A stretch of DNA of 64,000 bases. Source: a virus. Below the pieces are notes generated by a model. It searched no databases and was not told the origin of the DNA. It saw only the letters and a program-made list of their open reading frames with translations. How positions within the stretch are numbered: position 1 is the stretch's first letter; every line of letters begins with the position of its first letter. The translations under genes were made by a program, and so were the position numbers. The stretch lies in the IMG/VR virus record IMGVR_UViG_3300003886_000002, one strand, 5' to 3'. This document shows positions 36,685 through 47,042 of the stretch, in pieces.

Positions 36685-37659
36685 ATGAGCGCTGAAGCGG
36701 TCGGCTGGGTCTACAAACACTCCCCGTATGACGGAGTGAACTTCGCAGTACACCTCGCTACAGCAGACTCGGCCAATGATCTACACGAATACGAGATATG
36801 GGCAAGACAGCAGTGGATCGCGGACAAGGCGCGGGTGTCACGCTCGGGGGTCAACAGGTTCATCAAGCAGGCTATAGATGATGGTCTCCTGCTTTTGATG
36901 GAAGACAACAGTCGTGCAGGGCATGCCAACAGGTACCGGCTTTTGATGCCTGATGATACCCCAAAGGCGTGGTCCCCATCCACAGATACTACCCCACGGG
37001 TAGGTGTCGCACCACGCTACACCCCCCCCAATAGTACCCCGTGCCTAGGTGTAGCACCACACGACAGGGGGTGTAGCACCACGCTACAGGGGGTGTCGCA
37101 CCACGCTACACATAACCCAAGAGAACCCAACAGTAACCCAACCAATACGTCGGCTCCGCCTCCTGCGACTCCTTCGGAGCCGCGCGTCTTTGATGATGAC
37201 GGACTGGAACAAGTTTTAGAATCAGGAAGCGCTGAGACTGGATCAAGCGTTGACCGCGATGACTGTGTGGACAGGTTTGATAAATCTGGGCGCGCGCGCG
37301 AAATGTGTGACATGCTGGCGCGCGCGATTGAAAGTGAACATGGGTTCACCCCTAAGGTGACCGACACCCAATGGGTGCGGCCCATGGACCTGCTGTTGCG
37401 GCGTGGGGCTACAGAGTGGGCTGACCCTAAACCTATTGACCGCGAGCGGGTGGAAATGATGATCGGGTATGTTTACACTTACGGGACCGAAGGGGACCGG
37501 TTCCGTTGGGCAGACCAAATCAAGTCCCCTATGGCCCTCAGACGCCATTGGGAGAAGCTTCGGGTGTGGGCTAACAGAGAACACCAGGCAAGGGCTAAGG
37601 GCGCAACACAGGGGTCAATCAGCGAAGCGTGGATGGTGAGGTCAGGGACAAGTGGGTAA
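36685..37659 (+). CDS. HTH replication initiator (replisome-organizer-like)
   Basis: MSAEAVGWV..HSP...VHLATADSAND...IADKARVSRSGVNR...NRYRL N-terminus; FRWADQIKSPMALRRHWEKL C-terminus; internal iterons. Confidence 0.82.
   Translation: MSAEAVGWVYKHSPYDGVNFAVHLATADSANDLHEYEIWARQQWIADKARVSRSGVNRFIKQAIDDGLLLLMEDNSRAGHANRYRLLMPDDTPKAWSPSTDTTPRVGVAPRYTPPNSTPCLGVAPHDRGCSTTLQGVSHHATHNPREPNSNPTNTSAPPPATPSEPRVFDDDGLEQVLESGSAETGSSVDRDDCVDRFDKSGRAREMCDMLARAIESEHGFTPKVTDTQWVRPMDLLLRRGATEWADPKPIDRERVEMMIGYVYTYGTEGDRFRWADQIKSPMALRRHWEKLRVWANREHQARAKGATQGSISEAWMVRSGTSG
37003..37111 (+). repeat. Iteron-like repeats GGTGT(A/C)GCACCAC...ACA x4 inside the initiator gene (putative origin)
   Basis: Copies at 37003, 37048, 37070 and 37092; 22-bp period for the last three. 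Confidence 0.8.
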
Positions 37660-37897
37660 CCCGAGTAGGAAAAACCGGCGCAGCAAACGTGCACGACGAA
37701 AGAAAAAGCAACACCGGACAGGTCACGGACAACCCCCTCCACCCGAACGTGTCATGCCCCCCGTGATGACGCCAGAGCAGATAGAGACTGCATTCGCCCC
37801 CCTCAGGAAGGCATTCGCCAATGCACGAAAACCAACACCAGAAACGTCCGATATGGAGACCAACGAAAGAGTTTCCGGTACACCCACAGAAAAGTAA
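37652..37897 (+). CDS. Small basic protein
   Basis: Overlaps the initiator stop; Arg/Lys-rich N-terminus. Confidence 0.55.
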   Translation: MGNPSRKNRRSKRARRKKKQHRTGHGQPPPPERVMPPVMTPEQIETAFAPLRKAFANARKPTPETSDMETNERVSGTPTEK

Positions 37898-38112
37898 CCC
37901 AGACATGAAACATGTCCCCACAAACGGATGGGCAGGACGACTCGGACAAATCACTGCGTTTACCGTAACTCTGGCCGTCGCACTGCTGTTGCTGGCCCCA
38001 CTGGTGTGGGGGCTCAGGCAAGCATGGGAATGGGCTCTCGGCTAGACAACACGAACCTTGATCCAGTCATGGGGACGGTAGATCACCCGGAGGCTATCTA
38101 CCGTCCCCCCGC

Positions 38113-38361
38113 TCATCGTGGCAGCGGCGCCCAGGAGCGTCCGTCCTCAGGGCTGTAGCCGAGAAAGGTGAGGTCAGCAGTGTTGCCGCTGAAGGTGGCG
38201 TGACCGTTCGTGAGCCCGTGGTAGGTGCACACGACCCCGACAGGCTCGTCAGGATCGTCAGGGTCATCCACTCCTGTGCCGACACCACCGCTGATGTGGG
38301 CGCCGGAAAGGATGATGCGCTGCCCCACACGGGGCAGGTTGCCGGGGATAAGTGGTCTCAT
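38113..38361 (-). CDS. Hypothetical protein
   Basis: TTGACA-16-TATAAT-GTCAG promoter; AAGGAG RBS. Confidence 0.7.
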   Translation of the reverse strand: MRPLIPGNLPRVGQRIILSGAHISGGVGTGVDDPDDPDEPVGVVCTYHGLTNGHATFSGNTADLTFLGYSPEDGRSWAPLPR

Positions 38362-38471
38362 GTGGTTCTCCTTTGGTTGGTTCTACCTGACAAATGCCAT
38401 TATACCCCTTGGGGGTGACATGTCAAGTGGGAAGTTTATCTAACCGCGCTGACCTGTCTAGTGCTGTCGGG

Positions 38472-39545
38472 CTAGGCGACACGACACGTCATGAGCAAAA
38501 CCTCGCGGTCCGTGCCGAACCAAGGCTTGAGCGCACCGGTTCCCACAATCGTCGGGCCGTCATGGTCCAACATGTCGGCGAGGAACCTGGGGTTGAATGC
38601 ACCTGGATCGTCGGCACCCGTAACCTGCACCGCGGGGCCGGTGAGGGTGGGTCCATCGGCTTCGCTCAGCGTCATGCGCCACACGTCGCCATATTGGACG
38701 ATCCGTACCGGTACGGCCTTCCCGACCTGCTTCGCAGAGTCCCGCAACCACGTAGCGGAACCCTCCGGGAACGTGACAGACGTTACCGGCTCAGTGTCGA
38801 GCAGACCCAACGCGGTGGCGTAGATGCCTTGGAAGTTCGGATAGCTGCCTTCGGTGAGGCGAACAGTCACAGTCCAACGCTTCGCGTTCACTGTGAGATG
38901 TGTGTCGTCGCGGTGTGCGTGCAACGGCTCACCGAACTTGGCGGCACACTGGCCGAGCAGCTTGAGTGCCGCGGCGGGCACCATCATCTCAGTCTCGGCC
39001 GTGTGGTCAATGTCGACACTGTGGCAGCGGAAACTGTCGTTGGCGGCAACCACCGAACCGGTCCACGCTACTGTGCAGAGGATGGGTCGCGACTTGTCAG
39101 TCGAGACGGCCCACGCCACGTTGCCCATGGCATCCAATACGCTGAGTGGCACCGGCTCATATTCGGCCGCTTCACTCAGGAGCGGCCAGTCGGACGCTGG
39201 GAGTGTGCGCATCGTCACAACCCCGTTGCGGCCGACGATCGTCGCATCCTCCAGACCAGACGCGCTGAGCGCGACTGTCTGCGGTGCACGCTTGGTCGGC
39301 TTCGCACCTTTCGCCGCGTCGCGAAGCAACTTGGCTGGCAGAACCATCGCCGGGCACGGCTCGGCACCCAACAGGATGACGACTGTTGTTGCCAGGTCCG
39401 TCGCGGCGAGCTTGGTCCCGTCAAAGCAGACGTGGCGCGTCGTGATACTCGCGTCGTTGTTGGCGACGCGGCAACAGATCGTCGCCGCGTCCCGCAGCGT
39501 CGCGGCGTCCACGACGGTTGTAGTGGGTGTTTCGGTCATGCTCAT
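38472..39545 (-). CDS. DNA polymerase III beta-clamp-like protein
   Basis: AATDL, SRPILCTV, RLTEGSYPNF, FNPRFLADML, VLLMTCRV are typical DnaN segments. Confidence 0.82.
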   Translation of the reverse strand: MSMTETPTTTVVDAATLRDAATICCRVANNDASITTRHVCFDGTKLAATDLATTVVILLGAEPCPAMVLPAKLLRDAAKGAKPTKRAPQTVALSASGLEDATIVGRNGVVTMRTLPASDWPLLSEAAEYEPVPLSVLDAMGNVAWAVSTDKSRPILCTVAWTGSVVAANDSFRCHSVDIDHTAETEMMVPAAALKLLGQCAAKFGEPLHAHRDDTHLTVNAKRWTVTVRLTEGSYPNFQGIYATALGLLDTEPVTSVTFPEGSATWLRDSAKQVGKAVPVRIVQYGDVWRMTLSEADGPTLTGPAVQVTGADDPGAFNPRFLADMLDHDGPTIVGTGALKPWFGTDREVLLMTCRVA

Positions 39546-39627
39546 CAGTCTCTCTTCCTGTAGTGAGTGCCCTAGCCGCATCGCGGGTGCGGTGACCGGC
39601 GGTCCGGTCTAGGGCGATCGGGTCAGG

Positions 39628-40546
39628 TCAGTCCCACTCGACCCACACTTTGACGGTCTCGTCATCCTGCGCCGCCCACCATGAGCCGGTCGCGACGGCG
39701 CCCCCCTCAGTGATCGGGATGATGCCGCCGGGGGCACGGCCGGACGCAACGCACTGCTCGGGTGTCGCTGTCCCTAAGGTCGCTGCCCACTCGGGGAGGT
39801 CCTCGTCGGTATAGGCGAGACGGAGAACCCCGGTGCGCGGCACCTCGGCGATCACGTCGCCGTCGGGGGTGACGGCACGCAGCGCTATCACCGTGTCATC
39901 TGGGTAGCCGATCAACAGCGCGGCGAGGGAAGCGAACCACGCCTCGCGGGGGAGAGCGTCTGCGATGTCGGCGGTGGACGGCTGCCACCAGTCACGGTCC
40001 GTGCATTCCTCGACATACGCGGTGATCTCCATGCTCTCATCTCTCTCTGTAGACAGTGCCCTAGCCGCATCGCGGGTGCGGTGGCCAGCAGACTGGCTCT
40101 AGGGCGTTTCGCTCGGGTCAGTCCCACTCGACCCACACTGTGACGGTCTCACAGTTCTGCTCGGTCCACGAGCCCTCGTCGGCGACGCCACCATCCTCGG
40201 TGACGGAAATCAGACCACCGGGGGCGGCGGCTGACGCTTCGCACTGCTCGCGGGTGGCGTGGCCGAGATCGGCGGCCCACTCCGGCAGGTCCTCTGAGTC
40301 ATCGGAGACGTTGAGGGCGCCGCTGCGCTGCACCTCGGCGATCACGTAACCCTCGGGGGTGACGGCTCGGGCGGCGGTCACAGTGTCGTCTGGGCAGTCG
40401 CGGAGTTCGTCTCTGAGAACGGTTCCCCACACGTTGGGGTGGTAGGCGCTTGCGGTGCGAGTGGCCTCCCACTCTCCGCCGCTGCACAGATGCACGCGAG
40501 CGGATACAGCGTTCTCCGCGGTTCGGACAGAATCGTTGGTACCCAT
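39628..40546 (-). CDS. Tandem paralogous ORFs (40118-40546, 39628-40032)
   Basis: Shared PDDTV.A.RAVTP.G.VIAEV.R.G.L...EDLPEWAA.LG.AT.EQC.AS..APGG...ETV.VWVEWD. Confidence 0.8.
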
Positions 40547-40761
40547 AGATGCTTCCCCTTTTGTTGACTACCTGACAGATATCACTATACACCCTGGGGG
40601 TGACACGTCAAGTGAAAAGTTTCGCTAGACATGTCACCCCTATCTGCTATAGTGCAGCACGTCGGAACAACCCGACCACGAGCAACCGGAAAGACAGGTG
40701 AGGTCACAGTCGTCGGGGGGCCACAACCCCCCGCACCTCACCCCCGAGAAAGGAACCCACG

Positions 40762-41153
40762 ATGATCGCCGCACCCCACCCACTCGAAGCGTCCAACAGG
40801 ACCACAAAGGCCCGCAGATTCGTCGCATTCCTAGACGAACACGCAGGAGCACACGTGAGCGCCGCCACCCTCGAACAGCTCACCACAGCCCAATGGGTCC
40901 ACATCACAACCAAGATGAGTGAAGCGACAGGGCACGACGAAAACATCCCATCCCCCGCCACCATCGCCGCCATCATCGCCTACACCCGTGCACGCGAAGA
41001 CATGGCAGCAACCTACCTGGCAGACCCATTCGAGGGCCTGACATGATAAAACGCTACATCACGTGCCCCGAATGCGGACGCAAGTTCGACCTACTCGATG
41101 AGACCGACACACAAGAATGGCACTACGGCCACGACTGCGAGTCACAGGGATGA
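40762..41153 (+). CDS. Two small ORFs (40762-41046; 41043-41153 with CPEC...HDC)
   Basis: Class II promoter; AAAGGA RBS; ATGA coupling. Confidence 0.65.
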
Positions 41154-41204
41154 GCGAAAGCCTCCCTCTAGCTCATCCAGTCTCCCCCGCCCGGGGGCGG
41201 GCCG

Positions 41205-41396
41205 TTACCACTCGACGCGACCCCGGCAGGCTCGTTTAGATGTGCGGGCTTTGGTCTTGTTGTCGAGGGTTCGGGCTGCCCCGCGGTACATCTGTGGGGT
41301 TCCACCGGAGGCGTAGTGTTCTTCGCGCTGGCGGCCACGTACGTTGGCGAGGTCCGCTTGGTTCGACTGTCTATGGGTTTTGCGCTTCTTTGCCAT
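41205..41396 (-). CDS. Small basic protein
   Basis: TTGACA-17-TAGGGT-GTCAG promoter; AAGGAG RBS. Confidence 0.7.
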   Translation of the reverse strand: MAKKRKTHRQSNQADLANVRGRQREEHYASGGTPQMYRGAARTLDNKTKARTSKRACRGRVEW

Positions 41397-41539
41397 GGGG
41401 TCGCTCCTTTCGGTGGACTGGCTGACAGGGCAACCCTATATGCTAAGGGCTAGCGTGTCAAGAGATATTTCCCCTTGACGTGTCATCCCCAGGGTGTATA
41501 GTGATATCTGTCAGGTAGATCCAACCAAAGGAGCACAAC

Positions 41540-42066
41540 ATGACCTATCAAGAGGGCGATGTGATCGCATACCGCACCTTCGGCAACGGACCGCCACGTC
41601 TAGTGGAGGTCGAGTCGAAGGAAGAGGACGTGAAGAACGGGCGCCCCGGGTTCAGCGGCACCTGCATAGCGGGTGGAGCTGATGCTGGCATGTCCGTCTG
41701 GGGTTACGACCACCAGATCACCCGCGTTGTACGCAGATGAGCACCACCACCCAGGAGATGGTCCTAGACAGGATCGAGGCGCTGCTGAAAGACCAGCGCT
41801 ACGATCTCATCAACAACTCCGAATACGGCAACACCGGGAGGCTACAGGCAGTCAGGCCCGGGGCGCTTGGATCGGACGTATCTGTCTCCTACGACTTCGA
41901 AAACGGTTACTGCTGGTTCAGACGCATCTACGGAAAAGATGTGTCATGCGAGGCAGTCGATCAGAACACCACATCAATGGTCCACTACACCGATGCAGAA
42001 CTGCTGACATGCGTCTACAACGTTGCGGCATACCTCATCCGCGGAGACGACAAGGAGTCAACATGA
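41540..42066 (+). CDS. Two small ORFs (41540-41740, 41737-42066)
   Basis: TTGACG-16-TATAGT-GTCAG promoter; ATGA coupling. Confidence 0.7.
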
Positions 42067-42638
42067 CTGATGCAACGCAAGACCTCATGGACGCACTCGG
42101 GGGCGACGAGGTCACAGGACCCATCGCAGACCCCGACTCATCCACAATCGACACCGTAACCGAATGGGTCGCGCAGGTGATCCGACTCGATGAACGCGAA
42201 GCGGAATACGCGGCCGCCCACAAGGCTGCCGTGTCAAGACTGACTGCCCGAAAGACCGACAGGCTGGTAACCATAGATCAGCAGCGCGGTTACCTCATGG
42301 ACGCCATAGAGACGTTCCACCGCGCCCGCCTCGCACAAGACCCCGAGGCCTTCACGATCCACACCCCAGCAGGGGTGCTGAAGTCCACGAAGAAGCAGGA
42401 TCAGTGGATCGTGGACGACGACCAGGAGTTCACGAAGTGGTGTGTCACGAACCTGTCAGAAGCGGTCACGTTCCCAGACCCGACAGTCAACAAGGCCGCC
42501 GCCAAAAAGGCACTCAAGGTTGCAGCTGAACGGTTCAGCGATCAGCGTGTAATCGTAAACGGGGAATCTGTCCCCGGGCTCAGTTTCATCAAGGCAGACA
42601 AGGTGAAGGACCGAAACTTTCGGGTTGTCCCCGAATGA
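42063..42638 (+). CDS. Gam-like host-nuclease inhibitor
   Basis: Long helical segment then TIHTPAGVLKSTK...W..DD...W...VNKAAAKK...GESVPGL, a Mu Gam-family pattern; AAGGAG RBS. Confidence 0.75.
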   Translation: MTDATQDLMDALGGDEVTGPIADPDSSTIDTVTEWVAQVIRLDEREAEYAAAHKAAVSRLTARKTDRLVTIDQQRGYLMDAIETFHRARLAQDPEAFTIHTPAGVLKSTKKQDQWIVDDDQEFTKWCVTNLSEAVTFPDPTVNKAAAKKALKVAAERFSDQRVIVNGESVPGLSFIKADKVKDRNFRVVPE

Positions 42639-42892
42639 GCATTGATGTGACAGAATCCCCGACTTATGCCCGGACGATAGAGTTCCGCACAGAAGATGGG
42701 GCCGGGGCAGACTCAAAGGTGCTGCGGGAAGCAGCAGATTGGCTCGACGCAGGGAATGCAGCAGCAGGAAACATCTACGACGTGTGGATCGTAGAGGGGC
42801 TATCCATCTCAGCGCCCCAAGGGGTGTTGACGCTGCAACTGTTCATCTTGCCTGTCGCCCAAGGTCAATCTACTCACGACGCAGAAGGCTGA
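42635..42892 (+). CDS. Hypothetical protein
   Basis: ATGA-coupled 85-aa ORF. Confidence 0.6.
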   Translation: MSIDVTESPTYARTIEFRTEDGAGADSKVLREAADWLDAGNAAAGNIYDVWIVEGLSISAPQGVLTLQLFILPVAQGQSTHDAEG

Positions 42893-43800
42893 ACAGTCTC
42901 GCGTCTCTGCTGTACGATCCAACCTTTGTTCGCTTTCGCGACAGCACGAGCATCTTTCAGTACCCTAAACTTCTGTTCTACGCTGCCCGCCTCTTGCGCA
43001 GGAGGCACCGCGTAGAAGTAGATACGGGTAGGTGTCCCCATGGTGATAGGCCCTTTCTCCGATGCGGCACGAACGGCGGCACGTTTCTTGCATCCACATC
43101 CCATAGCCCCCATCGTATATCACCACAGCGACCCAGACACGTTGTGTCGATCCTGCAAGTCACGAACAGAGTCAGGGTGACACAACTCCGCAACGTACAG
43201 ATTGTGTGCGGGGCGACGCAACGTCACATCTCTTCCATCATCATCAACCCCATACACCCAACACGTCCGGTTGTAGCCACCAACACCCGTCACAGATTCA
43301 GACCCATCGCTCTGCAACCTGACTACTGTAACCCAACCCCCCTTGGAGCCATCCAGTCGTCGGAGCAGGTTGTCCAGGTATCTGTCTTGGGGGCGTAGGT
43401 GGCCGAGCATGGAGTAACCGTCGGCCTCTGCGTTGTGCAGGATGGTGCTCGGGTCGTTGTCCATGGGGGGATGCTACTGTGTCATCGCTTCGATGGTTTC
43501 GGATGCCCCGGGGGTCATGGTGAGGTCCCATTCGTCGGGGTCGAGGGCTTTCCATTCGTCACCCCATACGCTCAGGGGGTGTGATCCGAGTCGGATGGCG
43601 GCTTTGTCTGCGGCGTTCCATGTGATCTGTCCACCGCCTGCTCGCCACCGCTTGACGGTGCGGTAGGCCACTCCGATCATATTGGAGAACACCCGGTCGT
43701 TGAATGTTCCTTCGGCTTTGCCGCCGCTGAAGCGTTCCTCGCAGGATGATAGATGGAAGGCGTATTCCTCTAGGGGTTCCATCGGGAGTGTCTGTGCCAT
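42874..43800 (-). CDS. Three ORFs: HTH protein 43474-43800, then 43120-43464 and 42874-43113 (MGCGCKK start)
   Basis: First ORF has GVAYRTVKRWR HTH; TTGACA-17-GAGACT-GTCAG promoter. Confidence 0.65.
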
Positions 43801-43954
43801 GTCGTTCTCCTTCGGTTGTGACTATCTGACAAGTGCAGTCTCGCGCATCGGGGGCTGGGTGTCAAGAGGGAATCTTAGAAGTCTCCACTCGACACGTCAC
43901 CCCTATCTGCTATCATCTAGCATATCAGCAGGTCGACAACCAAAGGGGAACAAC

Positions 43955-44572
43955 ATGGAACCACTCGCTACAGAGCAACACGACGCAGGAGTCACGGTCG
44001 AAGTCCACTACGACCAAGACTCCTGGGACCCACGCGGGTGGGACAACATCGGCACAATGGTCTGTTGGCACCGCCACGCAGACCTAGGCGACGAGACAAT
44101 CAACACAGGTGACTACGCGGACGCACAAGACATGCTGCGCCAAGTCACAGGGGACGACGACCCGATCATCCTGCCCCTATGGCTCTACGAGCACTCAGGC
44201 ATGACCATGAGGGCCGGAGATGCCAACCCCTTCCATGACCCATGGGATTCAGGCCAAGTCGGATTCATCTACTGCACACGCCAGGACGCCAAGACAGAGT
44301 ACGGCGACACCCAGGACAGCGCAGAGCGTGCCATCGCCTACATGACCGCAGAAGTTCAGGCATACGACTCATGGCTACGCGGCGACGTATACGGATGGGT
44401 CGCACAAGGCCCCGACGACACCTACGAGTCATGCTGGGGATACGTCGGATGCTACGATGAGTGCCTCACAGAAGGTCGCGACGCAGCACAAGCGATGGTA
44501 GACGACATCGCATCCGCCACTGCGGCAGCATGGCTCGAATCTCACTTCACAATGTTCGCAGCACCACTCTGA
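43955..44572 (+). CDS. Conserved acidic hypothetical protein
   Basis: DPRGWDNIGTMVCWHR..DLGD, LYEHSG, WDSGQVGFIY, YDSWLRGDVYG, SCWGY; class II promoter. Confidence 0.8.
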   Translation: MEPLATEQHDAGVTVEVHYDQDSWDPRGWDNIGTMVCWHRHADLGDETINTGDYADAQDMLRQVTGDDDPIILPLWLYEHSGMTMRAGDANPFHDPWDSGQVGFIYCTRQDAKTEYGDTQDSAERAIAYMTAEVQAYDSWLRGDVYGWVAQGPDDTYESCWGYVGCYDECLTEGRDAAQAMVDDIASATAAAWLESHFTMFAAPL

Positions 44573-44815
44573 TTACGGACCCGAACCTTCGCATACGTCT
44601 CCCACACCTTCACCACACGGTGCCTACAGGTGCAAGACCCAGCACGCTCTATCACCCCTAGACGCACCTGCGCATCCACAGCAGCCCCATACGGGACCTT
44701 GTCCTGCCGCCCATCAGGAGCGTTACCCATCGCAAGGTGATAGTCACATTCGACCCCATACCCCAACGGTGCGCCCCTACCCCTCGAAGGGTCAGTCGTG
44801 TACCCGTACGGCATC

Positions 44816-45031
44816 TCAACCCACCGTAGCCATCGTGCCAACAAAAACGCGTGTGACCGCCACACTGTGCAGCGTCAGAGCCATCTCCTCAGCCGCATCA
44901 GGACTGAACCCAAGCTCCACAGCATCAACAAGATACTTGTGGCACATATTTATAATCGCGTCCAGAACCAGCTCCGCTGTCTGATCCAGTCCTAGTATCT
45001 GCGTCAGGTTGATTGTGTATTCTTGTTCCAT
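44816..45031 (-). CDS. Hypothetical protein, probably leaderless
   Basis: TGTCATCCCC...TACAAT lies 8 nt before the ATG. Confidence 0.55.
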   Translation of the reverse strand: MEQEYTINLTQILGLDQTAELVLDAIINMCHKYLVDAVELGFSPDAAEEMALTLHSVAVTRVFVGTMATVG

Positions 45032-45100
45032 GGGTGACTATTGTATCGTTGGGGGATGACACCTGGCTCCTAGAGATGTCACGACTGTCTGTTAGAGTGC

Positions 45101-45537
45101 ATGACGATGAGCGACAAAAGGGACATCACATACCTGTACCCCGTAGATGAGGACACGACTTTAGAGGTGGGGGACAGCTTCGGGTTGAGGGGGGAACGCG
45201 GTTCACGTTACAACTACATTCGCACCGTACACACCAGTGACTCGGAATGGGTAGATTGTTACGGGGGGGCGCGTGGACGTGGACAGTTTCGCTCCGTGTT
45301 CCCTGACCGCATCATCAAGGTGAGGAAGAAAGCTGAGTGATTGGTAAACGGTTGTCATGTACGCGACACGGCGACAGGACATGCCCAAGGTGCCATAGGG
45401 CATGTACCCACCTGATCGTCCCCTACTACGTGTCGGCCTGGGGGGACGAGGGTCTCTGCGGTAAATGCTGTGAGGATGCCTGTGCATGGTTCGACAGACT
45501 AGGGTGGCCTGACCCTGTAGGGGGTGGGGGTAGGTGA
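45101..45537 (+). CDS. Two small ORFs (45101-45340, 45337-45537)
   Basis: GTGA coupling; first ORF has a WVDCYGG..G..QFRSVFPDRI pattern. Confidence 0.6.
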
Positions 45538-45579
45538 CCCACCGCGCCTTTCATGTCTCCCCTTTACGAGAGGGTTGCT

Positions 45580-45945
45580 CTACAGTAGCCCTCCTGTGTT
45601 GTGAACCCACCGTTCGATCTCCCGCACTGAGGCACGAGTCGGCGGGGCAGCATGTCGCATCGAAGTACAATCAGGGCAATACTCGTCGCCATTCTTCCCC
45701 TGCACCATATGCGAGTTATCACAGGTGTCGCACTCCCCCACCATCGCGTTCCCCACGATGGTGCGGCTGGCGCTTTCGATCGCTTGCGACAGGCTCCTGA
45801 CTAGGGTGTGCGCGTCTGGGACAGACATGACTCCCAAGTCGATCCGGTTACTCTCACCAGACCCGACAGGCGAAAGCGATGCTTCGACTCTGATTAGATG
45901 ATGCGCCGCTGTGACACAAATCGTGACTATCTCCTTGTCGTTCAT
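45580..45945 (-). CDS. Hypothetical protein with CxxC...CPDC
   Basis: ATGA-coupled to the upstream LbH protein. Confidence 0.65.
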   Translation of the reverse strand: MNDKEIVTICVTAAHHLIRVEASLSPVGSGESNRIDLGVMSVPDAHTLVRSLSQAIESASRTIVGNAMVGECDTCDNSHMVQGKNGDEYCPDCTSMRHAAPPTRASVREIERWVHNTGGLL

Positions 45946-46910
45946 ATCGTTTCTCCTGCCGCGATGTCCCCGGTCACATGTGCGTCACCGAGCACCCGGG
46001 CGTCGCCGTGCACCCAAGCACTACTGAACACCCGAGCGTTGCCGGACACCCGGGCGCCACCGTACACCAGCGCGTTGTCGTACACCTGAGCGTTGCCGGA
46101 CACCTGAGCGTTGCCGAACACCTTGGCGTTTCCGTGCACCGCAGCGTCGCCAAACACCCGGGCATCACCGTACACCCGAGCGTTGCCGAACACCTGAGCG
46201 TTGCCGAACACCCAAGTATCACCGAGCACCCGGGCGTCGCCGTGCACCCAAGCACTACTGAACACCCAAGCGTTGCCAAACACCTGAGCGTCAGGGCCGA
46301 TTGCCGCAGTGCCAGCCACTGTGGCGCTGTCCGCGACCCACCCACCCTCAGACTCATCAGGGTTGACGTGACGGCGCGCCGCCACCGGACCTTCACCGAA
46401 GTCATGCATGACAACGTTTCGATATGTGGATGCCCGCAGCTGTGCTAGACATCCCTGTAGAACCCCGGCCATCTCCGCGATCGACGCGTATGCATTTCGC
46501 ATCTTCTTTACGTCGCCTCCGGCTACAAGCTCATCTACAAGTTCGCTCACCACATCTGGAGATACGATCATACGGATTGCTTCCGCTGTCTCGTCTGTGG
46601 CGAACCATGCTGTCTCGCCGTCCACAAGGGGCCGTTCTCGACTGAATGCCGCTACCGCTGTGCGTATGTTGCCTACGGTTATGTCACTCGGCCCGATAGG
46701 GGTTGAATCGTGGTCATACGGCATCCACCCGTCCGTGCATCCGGCGAACGGTGCGAGTGCTGCCTGTAGACATTCGATCTTTGTAGCTGCGTCACGGAGC
46801 AGCGCTGCGTTTGCCCGCAGATCCAGAGCGCTAGTGCCTACGGCCGTTCTGGCCTGTGTGATTATCCCGTGGGCCTTGAGGTGTAGCCGTTCGATCAGGT
46901 TGTCGTTCAT
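45942..46910 (-). CDS. Protein with C-terminal left-handed beta-helix hexapeptide repeats
   Basis: HDFGEGPV..RHVNPD.SEGGWVAD followed by (G N/D A Q/R/W V F/Y/H)n repeats. Confidence 0.85.
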   Translation of the reverse strand: MNDNLIERLHLKAHGIITQARTAVGTSALDLRANAALLRDAATKIECLQAALAPFAGCTDGWMPYDHDSTPIGPSDITVGNIRTAVAAFSRERPLVDGETAWFATDETAEAIRMIVSPDVVSELVDELVAGGDVKKMRNAYASIAEMAGVLQGCLAQLRASTYRNVVMHDFGEGPVAARRHVNPDESEGGWVADSATVAGTAAIGPDAQVFGNAWVFSSAWVHGDARVLGDTWVFGNAQVFGNARVYGDARVFGDAAVHGNAKVFGNAQVSGNAQVYDNALVYGGARVSGNARVFSSAWVHGDARVLGDAHVTGDIAAGETI

Positions 46911-47042
46911 GGGGTCTCCTTAGGTAGGGGATTCTCAACAGAGAGGATACTAGCAGGTGGGGGTGACAGCACATCGGCTTCTTCCTGTCACCCCCACCTG
47001 CTATAGTCCCCCCCGTCAGGTAGTCAACTAAAGGAGCAGACG

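Noticed and set aside
38394-39612. Long + strand ORFs (389 and 252 aa); similarly 50633-51547 and 52914-53963
   Set aside because: Antisense or off-frame shadows of recognisable genes in high-GC DNA.
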